From NCBI GenBank assembly GCA_039794005.1, contig JBAMMA010000001.1, forward strand, positions 67,779 through 131,778: a DNA stretch of 64,000 nt, read 5' to 3'. A program made the position numbers and the translations under genes. A model generated the notes under the pieces. It worked only from the letters and a program-made list of their open reading frames with translations. It did no database searches and was not told the origin of the DNA. The DNA comes from Thermoplasmata archaeon (GTDB lineage Archaea > Thermoplasmatota > Thermoplasmata > Thermoplasmatales > ARK-15). Below, one piece after another: positions 9,584 through 18,963 of the stretch (position 1 is the first letter of the stretch; every line of letters starts with the position of its first letter).

Positions 9584-10681
9584 ATGAGAATTGTTAATAA
9601 TATGATAGTTACTACAATTCCTCTATTTTCTAAGTATGAATTGAATTTTTACAATGATGAAATAGGGATTTTAACATCTCTGACATTTTTAATGACTCTT
9701 ATATCCACAAGCCTTATAAATCCTAGAATGAATGCAAGGCTTAGAAAAATAATTTATATTTTATCATCATTTTTAATTATATTAATTCTTTTAATGATTT
9801 TTTATTCAAATGGGATAACAATTTGGATATTTTCATTAATTGCTGGATTTTCCTATGGATTAATAACACCGAATATAATAACATCAGCTTCAATGGTTGA
9901 TGATAAATTATTAGCAGAACGTCTCTTAGCAATATATTCATTATCTCTTAGTTTATCCCTGGTTTTGGGGCCATATCTCGAAACATATCTTTTAAATTTT
10001 TATAATTACAGGTACATATTTCTTTTATTCATACCATTGGCAATTCCCTTATTTATATTCTCATTTTATTCCAATTTTCCGGAAGAAAAGAATGAAAAAT
10101 ACAGACTCAATGAAATAAACAAAAATTCATTATTTTCAGCTGTAATAAATGTTATGATTTATAATATCCCATTTTCAATAATAACTGTTTATGCATCTAT
10201 ATATGTTATAGAGATTTTTCATTTATCAAGATCAATATCATATTCAGTATTCATTCCATTTTTCACCGTTTCATTTTTTACAAGACTTTACATGGCTATT
10301 AAACCATTTAAAAATCTTAGAATTGCAATATCCATATCTACCTTTTTGACTGTGATAGGTATAATATTTCTTTCCTTCCCATTTAATATTTATACAATAT
10401 TTATTTCCATGTCATTACTTGGAATTCCTCACGGAACAATGTATCCCATTTCTACAATAATTATTTCAAGATCAACCAAAATAGAGGAAAGGAATTCAAT
10501 AAATTCATATTTTGTATCATTCGGTAATCTGATAATGGTAATCGTCCCACCATTGTATGGTTATTTATTCAATTATTTCGGATATAAACTGATGATTGCC
10601 ACTTTGATAATACCCGTAATTATTTTTTATTTAATTCTCTATATGAAATATTTCAATGAAAGTTACATGTTAAACAGATAG
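9584..10681 (+). CDS. MFS-type polytopic membrane transporter (substrate unknown)
   Basis: About 11-12 hydrophobic segments over 365 aa. No specific substrate motif. Confidence 0.55.
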   Translation: MRIVNNMIVTTIPLFSKYELNFYNDEIGILTSLTFLMTLISTSLINPRMNARLRKIIYILSSFLIILILLMIFYSNGITIWIFSLIAGFSYGLITPNIITSASMVDDKLLAERLLAIYSLSLSLSLVLGPYLETYLLNFYNYRYIFLLFIPLAIPLFIFSFYSNFPEEKNEKYRLNEINKNSLFSAVINVMIYNIPFSIITVYASIYVIEIFHLSRSISYSVFIPFFTVSFFTRLYMAIKPFKNLRIAISISTFLTVIGIIFLSFPFNIYTIFISMSLLGIPHGTMYPISTIIISRSTKIEERNSINSYFVSFGNLIMVIVPPLYGYLFNYFGYKLMIATLIIPVIIFYLILYMKYFNESYMLNR

Positions 10682-10682
10682 G

Positions 10683-10767
10683 CGCCGGGGGTGAGATTTG
10701 AACTCACGCTCCCCTTTCGGAGAACAGGCTCTCCAGGCCTGCGCCTTGTCCGCTCGGCCACCCCGGC
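10683..10767 (-). tRNA. tRNA-Ser (anticodon GGA), class II with long variable arm
   Basis: Reverse complement folds by hand: acceptor GCCGGGG/CCCCGGC, anticodon stem CAGGC/GCCTG, loop CTGGAGA, variable arm TCTCC-GAAA-GGGGA, T arm GTGAG-TTCAAAT-CTCAC. No encoded CCA. Strongly GC-rich against the AT-rich background. Confidence 0.9.
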
Positions 10768-10953
10768 TCAATAATGTTAAGAAAAAATTTTAAATATATT
10801 TTTCGATTTTGAAAAATTAAGAAATCTATAAAATTTGAAAATTTTAATATTAAAATTTTAATGTTTTTTCACTTTGTTAGATGTAAATTATTTTCCTAAA
10901 GTGAGGATTAAATCTAATAAGTTTAATTTATTTACTTAATGATGGTATAAAAT

Positions 10954-11553
10954 ATGAAGCTTGAATTAGGTATTAGAGCAAATGCTTTATATTCTTCTTA
11001 TAATTATCTTGTATTTAAAATAAAAAATCGAAGAAAGGTCATTCTTCATGAAATGATTTATGGAAAATTTAAGGGAGTATTGGTAAAGAAACATTCTGAT
11101 AATTTGGAAAATCTAAGGATAAAAATATCGAAAGCATATGAAAGATTAAAAAACCACAGGTTAAATTTTAACCATAAACTATCGATATTTTATTTAAACA
11201 ATTATGATTTTATTTTTTTAGACGATCTGAAAATAAAAAACATGGTTAGAAACAATATTTTATTAATAAACATAAAAAGAGAGTCCGGGAGCGAATCCAT
11301 AAACATGATATCTCACAAAGCAAGAAATGCCTGTAAGGTAGTAAAAAGGGCATATTTCAAGGATACAGTTGAATATCTTGGAATTAATTCTCCATACATG
11401 GAATACATTTCTTCGAATATATTATTAAATATTGTTAAGGATCGCATTGATATGTTTGTGAAAGGGAGACCTTTAAGCAAAAACATATCAAATAAAGATG
11501 AATTTTTCAAGCAAGCATTTATGGTTGATCATAAAGAGCTTCTTGAAAGCTAA
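10954..11553 (+). pseudogene. Truncated, degenerate TnpB-like (IS200/IS605 OrfB) RuvC-domain fragment
   Basis: 'LELGIRANALYS' resembles RuvC-I 'GIDLGIKNLA'. 'RLKNHRLNFNHKLSIFYLNNYDFIFLDDLKIKNMV' resembles 'RR.DF.HK.S..IV..YD.I..EDL.VK.M'. 'HKARNACKVVK' resembles 'YKAE..G..V'. Only 199 aa against roughly 400. The N-terminal half and the Zn finger are missing. Confidence 0.55.
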
Positions 11554-11601
11554 TGGCTTTAAATATATTATAATAAAAAATTTATAATTGGAAATTGATT
11601 T

Positions 11602-12612
11602 ATGGGTGAAATAAGAATGACAGAAATAAAGAAAAAGATTCCAAAAAGAATAAAGGGTGATAAAGAAGGTTTAAGGATGAGTACACCTCCTGAGATAGCG
11701 GAATATAGGGCAAAAAGATTGAGAAATGAATCCATTGCAGATTTGGGAGCAGGTGTCGGAGTTCAAGCATATTATTTTTCACTGTATTTTAAACATGTTT
11801 TAGCGGTAGAAAATAATGAAGAGAGATTTAAAATTTTGAAAAGAAACATGAAAATAAAGAAAAGAAAAAACGTTGAATTGATTTTTGGAGACGTGTTTGA
11901 TGAAAACATTATAAAGGCTGTTGAAAAATATGATATAATATTTTCCGATCCGGCTAGGTTGAGAAAATCTGAGGTGTGGGATTTTTCGGATTTATCACCG
12001 AACCCGGTTTTAATAATTTCAAAGATAAAAGGAAAATCTTACTCTTTTGATTTGCCAGTATTATTCAATAAAGATCTAATTCCAAGGGAATGGGAAAGGG
12101 AATACATAAGTTTAAATGGTGAAATAAAAAGGTTGGCCGTTTATATAGGGGATATAAAAAATTATGAATTGAGTGCCCTTTTATTGCCCTACAATGAAAG
12201 AATAGTTTTCGATGAAACAATACCAAGGGAGATTTCATTTTCAAACCATGTGTTTGATTACATCTACGAAATCGATCCCGCTATTAAATATTCAGAATTG
12301 ATTCCTGAATTCCAAAATTTATATCCAGATGTTTACATTTTGGAAAATGGAAAGAAAAATTTATTTGCAACTGGGGAATTGAATTACGCCGACCCATTTT
12401 TTAAAAACACGTATAAGGTAGTATTTGAATGCGAAGATAAGGATTGTTTGATAAATGAATTGATAAGAAATGACGCTAAAGAGGTATTTTTAAGATATTC
12501 TGTTGAAAATTATTACGAAGAAAAGGCAAAAATAGAGAAAAAATTAATCGGCAAATCCAAATTTTATATTTTTCAAATTTTTAATAAATTTTATGGCTGC
12601 ATTAAGGAATAA
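11602..12612 (+). CDS. Class I SAM-dependent methyltransferase (probable RNA methyltransferase) with an uncharacterised C-terminal domain
   Basis: Motif I 'IADLGAGVGVQAYYF', 'AVENN', motif IV-like 'IIFSDPAR'. The true start may be an internal Met. Confidence 0.6.
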   Translation: MGEIRMTEIKKKIPKRIKGDKEGLRMSTPPEIAEYRAKRLRNESIADLGAGVGVQAYYFSLYFKHVLAVENNEERFKILKRNMKIKKRKNVELIFGDVFDENIIKAVEKYDIIFSDPARLRKSEVWDFSDLSPNPVLIISKIKGKSYSFDLPVLFNKDLIPREWEREYISLNGEIKRLAVYIGDIKNYELSALLLPYNERIVFDETIPREISFSNHVFDYIYEIDPAIKYSELIPEFQNLYPDVYILENGKKNLFATGELNYADPFFKNTYKVVFECEDKDCLINELIRNDAKEVFLRYSVENYYEEKAKIEKKLIGKSKFYIFQIFNKFYGCIKE

Positions 12613-12789
12613 TTATGATAGAGCCTCCTCTATTCCAGAGTCTAGCACGATCTCTTCCTGGTTTAATTCCTCCAATAGCCTTAATATTTCTTCTGCCTTT
12701 TTAGAAAGCTTTTCATCCAATAGATATTCTTCGAGGTCATAGATAGAGTGTGTCTTCATCCATTTTTTAACCTCATGCGGTATATTCAT
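12613..12789 (-). CDS. Unlisted small ORF (58 aa, acidic C-terminus), hypothetical
   Basis: Hand translation: MNIPHEVKKWMKTHSIYDLEEYLLDEKLSKKAEEILRLLEELNQEEIVLDSGIEEALS*. GGTGA lies 6 nt upstream of the ATG. Local GC is higher than the flanking spacer. Below the track's size cutoff. Confidence 0.4.
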   Translation of the reverse strand: MNIPHEVKKWMKTHSIYDLEEYLLDEKLSKKAEEILRLLEELNQEEIVLDSGIEEALS

Positions 12790-12795
12790 TTCAGG

Positions 12796-12800
12796 TCACC
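12796..12800 (-). promoter_or_regulatory. Shine-Dalgarno-like GGTGA upstream of the 58-aa ORF
   Basis: Reverse complement reads GGTGACCTGAAATG, with 6-nt spacing to the ATG. Confidence 0.4.
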
Positions 12801-12813
12801 TCTTTGTATGACA

Positions 12814-12837
12814 ATAGTCATATCAAAATATGACTAT
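12814..12837. repeat. Perfect 10-bp inverted repeat with 4-nt loop (ATAGTCATAT-caaa-ATATGACTAT)
   Basis: Read directly from the sequence. It overlaps the stop codon of the MobA-like gene and is followed on the + strand by a T-rich run. It could be a terminator or an operator. Confidence 0.5.
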
Positions 12838-13391
12838 TTATATTTTCCCCGTTTTTTAACCATATCATAAATTTCAATTGCTCTTATATAATCATTATAA
12901 GTGTTTATATTAAAAAATGTAAAGGGTGGAAATTTTTCGGCATCTATTGAAACAAACATATTCTTGTTTAAAAGGGATTTCATATCTTTTTCATCTGAGA
13001 ATTTAATTGTTTCAGGATAATATGCATGTAAAGGTTCAAAATATCCATTTTTCCACCTTGGAATGGATATCAAATCTTCAGGGTATCTTAAAAGCAATGA
13101 AATGCTATCACATGAAACAAATGGCATATCTCCTCCAATTAAAATAATATTTTCATTATATGTTTCTATTACATTTTTTAAAACGTTTGATACCCCCTTT
13201 AATTCATAATCTATAATAACAGTTGCATTTTTAATATCTATTTCTTTATAAGAAGAGATTATTATTTTTTTAAAAATTTGGCACTGGATTAAATTCTCTA
13301 CTATAATATCGATAATTCTTTTTCCATCGATGAACATAAAATGCTTATCTTTTAATCTTTTTGATTTTCCGATAGGAATTAATGCAATCAT
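12834..13391 (-). CDS. mobA: Molybdenum cofactor guanylyltransferase (MobA-like nucleotidyltransferase)
   Basis: 'IALIPIGKSKRL', 'IGGDMPFVS' and 'FEPLHAYY' match the MobA 'G.S.RMG', 'D.PF' and 'EPL.A.Y' motifs. Confidence 0.65.
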   Translation of the reverse strand: MIALIPIGKSKRLKDKHFMFIDGKRIIDIIVENLIQCQIFKKIIISSYKEIDIKNATVIIDYELKGVSNVLKNVIETYNENIILIGGDMPFVSCDSISLLLRYPEDLISIPRWKNGYFEPLHAYYPETIKFSDEKDMKSLLNKNMFVSIDAEKFPPFTFFNINTYNDYIRAIEIYDMVKKRGKYK

Positions 13392-13927
13392 TCTATATAA
13401 TTAAAATAATCCTTTTCCTCATCGGTTTTTTCTGAACTGATTAACATCAGATTTTTATATTCCTTAGTTGTTTGATCAAATTCATAAAATAATTTTTTAC
13501 CTATCAGAGATTCGACCTCTAATTTATTCATTATTTTTATTGCAGAATCAATATCTTCATTTTTTAATAATATTATAAATTTATTTTCATATGAAAAAAA
13601 TGATGCTAACCAAATTTTGATTTTTGTGTCCAATTCTAAAATTTTCATTAAAATATTATATTCCGGAGAATTCGATGGAATATTTTCTAATCGGCTCCAA
13701 AGAAAATTTAGGGTATCGGTATTTACAGTATAGGCTTTATAAGATGCAAGCCATATCTCCAAAAATTTGTTGATTTCAATATATTTTTTAAACGCATCAA
13801 TTATTTTTGAATTTGGTTTTTCTTTTTTCATTTCATTTTTTAAAAGATATGCCATCGATTCATCCAAATATTCCAGATCTTTTTCATTTATCCCATATTT
13901 GCTATATTTATTTTCCTTTTTCTCCAT
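13388..13927 (-). CDS. Hypothetical protein with an internal '(I)WLAS[YF]' repeat
   Basis: 179 aa. 4-nt overlap with mobA-like and 20-nt overlap with the upstream mtnA-like gene. No known motif recognised. Confidence 0.5.
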   Translation of the reverse strand: MEKKENKYSKYGINEKDLEYLDESMAYLLKNEMKKEKPNSKIIDAFKKYIEINKFLEIWLASYKAYTVNTDTLNFLWSRLENIPSNSPEYNILMKILELDTKIKIWLASFFSYENKFIILLKNEDIDSAIKIMNKLEVESLIGKKLFYEFDQTTKEYKNLMLISSEKTDEEKDYFNYIE

Positions 13928-14927
13928 ATTTAATAACCTCCTTCAGGTCTTCAGGCCTCAATATTCCAAATTCAGTTATGAAACCGGTCACATACTTAGA
14001 TGGAGTAACATCAAACGCAGGATTATATGCATTAGATCCCACCGGAGCTATTCTTTTATCATTTATATATAATACTTCCCTTTCATCCCTTAATTCTATA
14101 GGTATCTCATCACCATTTTTTATATTTGGATCAATTGTAGAAATAGGTGCAGCAACAAAGAAAGGTATTTCATTTTCATTTGCTAAAACTGCTTTTTCAT
14201 AGGTACCTATTTTATTAGCAAAATCTCCATTTATCGCTATTCTATCAGCACCCACTATAACAATATCAACCATGCCTTTTTTCATAACATATCCTGCAGC
14301 GTTATCAGCGATAATTTTATGATCTATACCCTCCATTAATAATTCCCATGCTGTTAACTTAGCACCCTGAAGCCTAGGTCTTGTTTCATCTACCCATACA
14401 AAAACCTTTTTACCATTTTTCTTTGCTATTCTTATAGGGGCTAATGCTGTTCCTAAATCTAATACTGCCAATGCTCCAGCATTGCAATGTGTCAAAATTC
14501 TCATTCCATCTTTTATTAATTTATCTCCATTCTCTCCTATTTTATATTCTTTATTTCTTATCATATTTGCATATTCCAAAGCCGACTTCACAGGATCTTT
14601 TCCTTCTTTGATATTTTTCATCATATAATTTAAGGCATAAAATAGATCATATGCCGTTGGCCTGGATTTAGATATCACATTATATGCATCATCCAAATCT
14701 TTTTTCTGCAACATTGCCTGGGCCATTCCATATGCAGCCGCAACACCTATTGCTGGTGCACCTCTGACAACCATATCTTTAATTGCAAATGCGACGTCCT
14801 TGTAATCTTTAGCTACATAAAATTCAATGCTATCTGGAATTTTCCTTTGATCTAAAAATACAACATTTTCCCCATCCATCCAAACACTTACAATATCCTT
14901 TTTTTCACCATTAATTATTATTTGCAT
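13908..14927 (-). CDS. mtnA: S-methyl-5-thioribose-1-phosphate isomerase (eIF-2B alpha/beta/delta-like family, aIF-2BI)
   Basis: 'FLDQRKIP...EF', 'MVVRGAPAIGVAAAYG', 'THCNAGALA' and 'VGADRIA.NGD.ANKIGTY' are typical of MtnA-type members. Confidence 0.8.
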   Translation of the reverse strand: MQIIINGEKKDIVSVWMDGENVVFLDQRKIPDSIEFYVAKDYKDVAFAIKDMVVRGAPAIGVAAAYGMAQAMLQKKDLDDAYNVISKSRPTAYDLFYALNYMMKNIKEGKDPVKSALEYANMIRNKEYKIGENGDKLIKDGMRILTHCNAGALAVLDLGTALAPIRIAKKNGKKVFVWVDETRPRLQGAKLTAWELLMEGIDHKIIADNAAGYVMKKGMVDIVIVGADRIAINGDFANKIGTYEKAVLANENEIPFFVAAPISTIDPNIKNGDEIPIELRDEREVLYINDKRIAPVGSNAYNPAFDVTPSKYVTGFITEFGILRPEDLKEVIKYGEKGK

Positions 14928-15058
14928 ACAGCTTCTCCAGAAATAAAAAAGATATTCCCATATTAATATTTTACATCATTTAAAATTTTGAATTTTTAAT
15001 ATTTCAAAATTATCATTTTTTGGAAAAAATTTTTAACAATTACAATATCCATAAAATC

Positions 15059-16432
15059 ATGATTATTTACGACACATTAGATAGGACAAAGAAAGAATTA
15101 ATACCTTTAAGGGACAATAGAATAAACATTTTTGTGTGTGGTCCCACAGTTTATGATTATTCTCATATTGGCCATGCAAGAACATATGTATTTTTTGATA
15201 TGTTCGTTTCATATCTTAGATACTTAGGATATGACGTATTTTATTTACAAAATATAACGGATATTGATGATAAGATAATAAAAAAGGCAAATGAAACAAA
15301 TATGAAACCCGAGGATATTGCAATGAAATTTTATTCTGAATATATCAGGGATATGTTGTCATTGAAGGTGGATTCAATAAATATTTATGCACCAGCAACA
15401 CATTATGTTGATGAAATAATAGATCAAATAAAAAGGTTGATAAATCTTGGTTATGCATATGAGACAGATGATGGTGTATATTTTGAGGTTAGTAAATTCA
15501 AAGATTATGGAAAATTATCCCACCAAAATTTGGATGAAATAATTGCAGGTTATAGAGTAGACATTAACGAGAAAAAGAAAAATCCAATTGATTTTGCGTT
15601 ATGGAAAAAGAAAAAGGAGGGTGAACCATACTGGCCATCACCATTTGGCGAAGGCAGGCCAGGATGGCACATTGAAGATACTGCAATTACGGAACATTAT
15701 TTTGGTCCTCAATATGATATTCATGGAGGAGGATCAGATCTGATATTCCCACATCATGAATGTGAAATAGCACAAATGGAGGCCGTAAGTAATGTCAAGC
15801 CAATGGTGAGATATTGGATGCACACAGGTCTTTTAACAATAAAAAGTGAAAGAATGGGTAAATCAATGGGTAATGTTATTAGGATAAGGGATGTACTGGA
15901 AAGATATTCTGCTGAGGTGATCAGATTTTTCTTATTATCATCCCATTATAGATCTCCTATCGATTTTTCATATGAAAATTTAGAAAAGTCAAGGGAAACC
16001 CTGGAAAGGATCATAATTTTATATAGAAAATTAAAGAATAAAAGGGTATTCGGGAAAGAAAACAAAATTTTGGATGATATTAAAATCGAATGGCAGCAAT
16101 TCATTAAAGATATGGATGATGATGTGAATACCCCTGGAGCTATCTCACATCTCATGAAAATAGTCAATATGGCAAACAAATACTATTCAGAAATAACCGA
16201 GGTTGAAACAAAGGAAATAATAAGAATTATCGAAGATGTTGATAGATTCTTCAAGTTTTTGCCAGAAATAACAGAAACCGAGGAAAAATTAATGGCATTC
16301 TTGCTAAATTTGAGGGAGGAAATGAGAAAAAATAAACAATATGAAATGGCTGACAAAATAAGAAATAATCTGAAAGAATTAAATTTATATATTGAGGATT
16401 CCATAGAAGGGCCAATATGGTACAGAATATAG
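15059..16432 (+). CDS. cysS: Cysteine--tRNA ligase
   Basis: 'HIGHARTYV' (HIGH), 'KMGKSMGN' (KMSKS), 'GWHIED' and 'HHECE'. ATG at 15059 preferred over the track's TTG at 15020. Confidence 0.95.
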   Translation: MIIYDTLDRTKKELIPLRDNRINIFVCGPTVYDYSHIGHARTYVFFDMFVSYLRYLGYDVFYLQNITDIDDKIIKKANETNMKPEDIAMKFYSEYIRDMLSLKVDSINIYAPATHYVDEIIDQIKRLINLGYAYETDDGVYFEVSKFKDYGKLSHQNLDEIIAGYRVDINEKKKNPIDFALWKKKKEGEPYWPSPFGEGRPGWHIEDTAITEHYFGPQYDIHGGGSDLIFPHHECEIAQMEAVSNVKPMVRYWMHTGLLTIKSERMGKSMGNVIRIRDVLERYSAEVIRFFLLSSHYRSPIDFSYENLEKSRETLERIIILYRKLKNKRVFGKENKILDDIKIEWQQFIKDMDDDVNTPGAISHLMKIVNMANKYYSEITEVETKEIIRIIEDVDRFFKFLPEITETEEKLMAFLLNLREEMRKNKQYEMADKIRNNLKELNLYIEDSIEGPIWYRI

Positions 16433-17673
16433 AAGAAATAGATTATTTATATTCATTATCTAGATTTGGAATTAAATTAGGTTTAGATGTTATGACAAAT
16501 CTTGCAAATAAATTAGGTAGTCCTCAGAACTATTACAAAACCTTTCACATAACAGGTTCAAATGGTAAAGGATCTACATCCGCAATGCTTTATACAATTT
16601 TGAGACAAAAATATTCATCGGGTTTATATACTAGCCCTCACATCAAAGAATTTAACGAAAGAATAATGGTAAACGATAAATATATTGAAAATGAATTTAT
16701 AAAAGATTGGGTAAGAAGGAATAAAAAAATTGTTGAGGATATGGCCAAAATAGGTATGCAGCCAACATTTTTTGAATTTACAACGGCAATGGCATTTGAT
16801 TATTTCAAAGAGAAAAAAATTGATGTTGCTGTTATTGAAGTTGGAATGGGAGGAAGATTAGATGCAACGAATATCATAATACCTGAATCATCAGGAATTG
16901 TTACAATTTCTCTGGAGCATACCGATCGTCTTGGGAACACTGTTGAAAAAATAGCATACGAAAAAGCAGGTATTATCAAAAAAGGAAAACCGGTTGTCAT
17001 TGGAGTCGAGGATGAAAAGGCCCAAAGAACAATTGAAAAAATTGCAAATGAAAAAGGATCAAAGGTTTATGATGTAAACGAATTATATGATGTTTCAAAT
17101 GTTGAAATATCATTGGAAGGTACAAGGTACAGGGCCAAAAAAGATCAAAAAATATATGATGTATCTATACCGCTGATTGGAAAATATCAAATAAAAAATT
17201 CATTGATCTCCATAACAATGGCTGAGCTTTTTGATCCTTCATTAGATTATAAATTTATTAAAAATGTAAAATTTCCAGGCAGATTTGAAATTAAAAGCAG
17301 AAAGCCAATGGTGATTATCGATGCCGCCCATAATCCTGAGGCTGCAAAGGTACTTGTTGAAAATATAAAATTGTTATTCAATAAAAATCCATTAGTTGTA
17401 ATGACACAATTAAAGGACAAAAATTCATTGGAATTTTTCAGAATTATTTCAGAGATTGTAGATCATGCAATCATAACGGAGGTAAAGGATGAGAGAAGAA
17501 AAGATGCCGAAATATTAGCACATGAAGCAAGAAATTTTATAAAGAATGTTGAAGTAATAAGGGAATCAAACAATGCGTTTGAGCGCGCTTTCGAATCATC
17601 AGATTTTATACTAATTACAGGTTCAATATATTTATTAGGTGAATTTGAGGAATGGTATTCCAAAAGGCAATAA
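16417..17673 (+). CDS. folC: Folylpolyglutamate synthase / dihydrofolate synthase (Mur ligase family)
   Basis: 'HITGSNGKGST' P-loop, 'EVGMGGRLDATN' and 'DAAHNP'. Confidence 0.8.
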   Translation: MVQNIEEIDYLYSLSRFGIKLGLDVMTNLANKLGSPQNYYKTFHITGSNGKGSTSAMLYTILRQKYSSGLYTSPHIKEFNERIMVNDKYIENEFIKDWVRRNKKIVEDMAKIGMQPTFFEFTTAMAFDYFKEKKIDVAVIEVGMGGRLDATNIIIPESSGIVTISLEHTDRLGNTVEKIAYEKAGIIKKGKPVVIGVEDEKAQRTIEKIANEKGSKVYDVNELYDVSNVEISLEGTRYRAKKDQKIYDVSIPLIGKYQIKNSLISITMAELFDPSLDYKFIKNVKFPGRFEIKSRKPMVIIDAAHNPEAAKVLVENIKLLFNKNPLVVMTQLKDKNSLEFFRIISEIVDHAIITEVKDERRKDAEILAHEARNFIKNVEVIRESNNAFERAFESSDFILITGSIYLLGEFEEWYSKRQ

Positions 17674-18866
17674 CAGTTTCGGACAAATATGATAATGAAT
17701 TCGAAAATTTGGCTAGGTCCTTATATTATGAAGTTTTATATAGCTTTACATTTAAGCATTATTCATCGAAATATTATATTGGAGAGGGAAAAATAGAAGA
17801 AATAAAGAACTATATAGAAAATAACAGCGTGGAAGTAATAATAATAAACGGAAAATTAAAATCATCACAATGGTATAATCTGGAAACATATTTTAAAAGA
17901 AGGGTCATAGATAAAACCATGCTCATTCTGGAAATATTCGCGGATAGGGCTAAGACGAAGGAGGCCAAATTGGAGGTAGAATTGGCAACATTGAATTATC
18001 AATTACCATTATTGAAAGAATGGATACACAGGGCAAAGATTGGTGAACACCCAGGTTTTATGGCCGGTGGTGAATATGATATTGATCAATATTATTTCCA
18101 CGTTCAAAAGAGGATCAAAAAGATAAAGGAGGAACTTGAAAAAGTTAAAATTGAAAGGAAAGAGAGGAGAAAAAACAGGCTCAGAAAAGGATATTTTCTG
18201 ATAACTATAGCCGGCTATACAAATAGCGGAAAAAGTCAATTGATGAAGACACTCTCTGGGGAGGATGTTGTAATAGAAAATAGAATGTTCTCAACACTTG
18301 TTCCCAGAACATCCAGGATCATGAACACAAAAAAGAAAATCTTGATTACAGATACCGTGGGGTTTATAAAAGATTTACCTCCTTTAATTTTGGAGGCCTT
18401 TCGAGCTACTCTGGAAGATATTTATGATTCAGATTTGATAATATTTTTAATAGATGGTTCGGATCCCTTTGATATATTCAAAGAGAAAATTGAAGCTTCA
18501 TTAAGCATTTTATCAGGTGAATTGACAGGTAAAATATTACCGGTGATAAACAAAATTGACAAGAAGATTGAAGATATAGAAAACAAAAAGCGGTATATTA
18601 ATGAAAAAATATCAGATCCAGTCCTAATAAGTGCAAAAACCGGAGAAAATATAAATCTACTTCTTGAAAGAATATATTCTATGTTAAATTATGATAGGGA
18701 ATACGATCTAGAAATTGACAGCAATAAAAATTACATGCCTCTAATTTCATTTGTATATGAATATGGAGAGATTATATATTACGAAATAAAGGATAAAATT
18801 TATTTAAAATTTAAGATAAATTCGCGTTTTGATGGAACAATTAAAAAATATCTGAATTTATTATAA
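17652..18866 (+). CDS. hflX: GTPase HflX
   Basis: HflX N-domain with 'LEIFADRAKTKEAKLEVELA'. G1 'AGYTNSGKS', G3 'DTVGF', G4 'NKID'. Confidence 0.85.
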   Translation: MVFQKAITVSDKYDNEFENLARSLYYEVLYSFTFKHYSSKYYIGEGKIEEIKNYIENNSVEVIIINGKLKSSQWYNLETYFKRRVIDKTMLILEIFADRAKTKEAKLEVELATLNYQLPLLKEWIHRAKIGEHPGFMAGGEYDIDQYYFHVQKRIKKIKEELEKVKIERKERRKNRLRKGYFLITIAGYTNSGKSQLMKTLSGEDVVIENRMFSTLVPRTSRIMNTKKKILITDTVGFIKDLPPLILEAFRATLEDIYDSDLIIFLIDGSDPFDIFKEKIEASLSILSGELTGKILPVINKIDKKIEDIENKKRYINEKISDPVLISAKTGENINLLLERIYSMLNYDREYDLEIDSNKNYMPLISFVYEYGEIIYYEIKDKIYLKFKINSRFDGTIKKYLNLL

Positions 18867-18963
18867 TTCGAAAATAAAATTATTTAAGAACCATATAATA
18901 ATTTTGGTAAAAAATATGATAAAGAAATTTTTTTAAAGAAGATCATTATAGTATTAAATTACC

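Noticed and set aside
10838-10859. 22-nt perfect A/T-only palindrome (AAAATTTTAATATTAAAATTTT) between tRNA-Ser and the TnpB-like fragment, considered as a possible IS end hairpin.
   Set aside because: Pure A/T palindromes are common in sequence this AT-rich. It has no similarity to a second end and no flanking target-site pattern, so it cannot be tied to the IS remnant.
13767-14202. Plus-strand ORFs 13767-14072 and 13807-14202.
   Set aside because: They are antisense to the mtnA-like gene and the 179-aa ORF and have no recognisable features. They are shadow ORFs.
18867-18963. Possible replication origin directly upstream of orc1/cdc6.
   Set aside because: The spacer is only about 97 nt. I could not find repeated ORB or mini-ORB-like elements or a flanked AT-rich unwinding element. 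An origin may exist elsewhere, and a skew or marker-frequency analysis would be needed.
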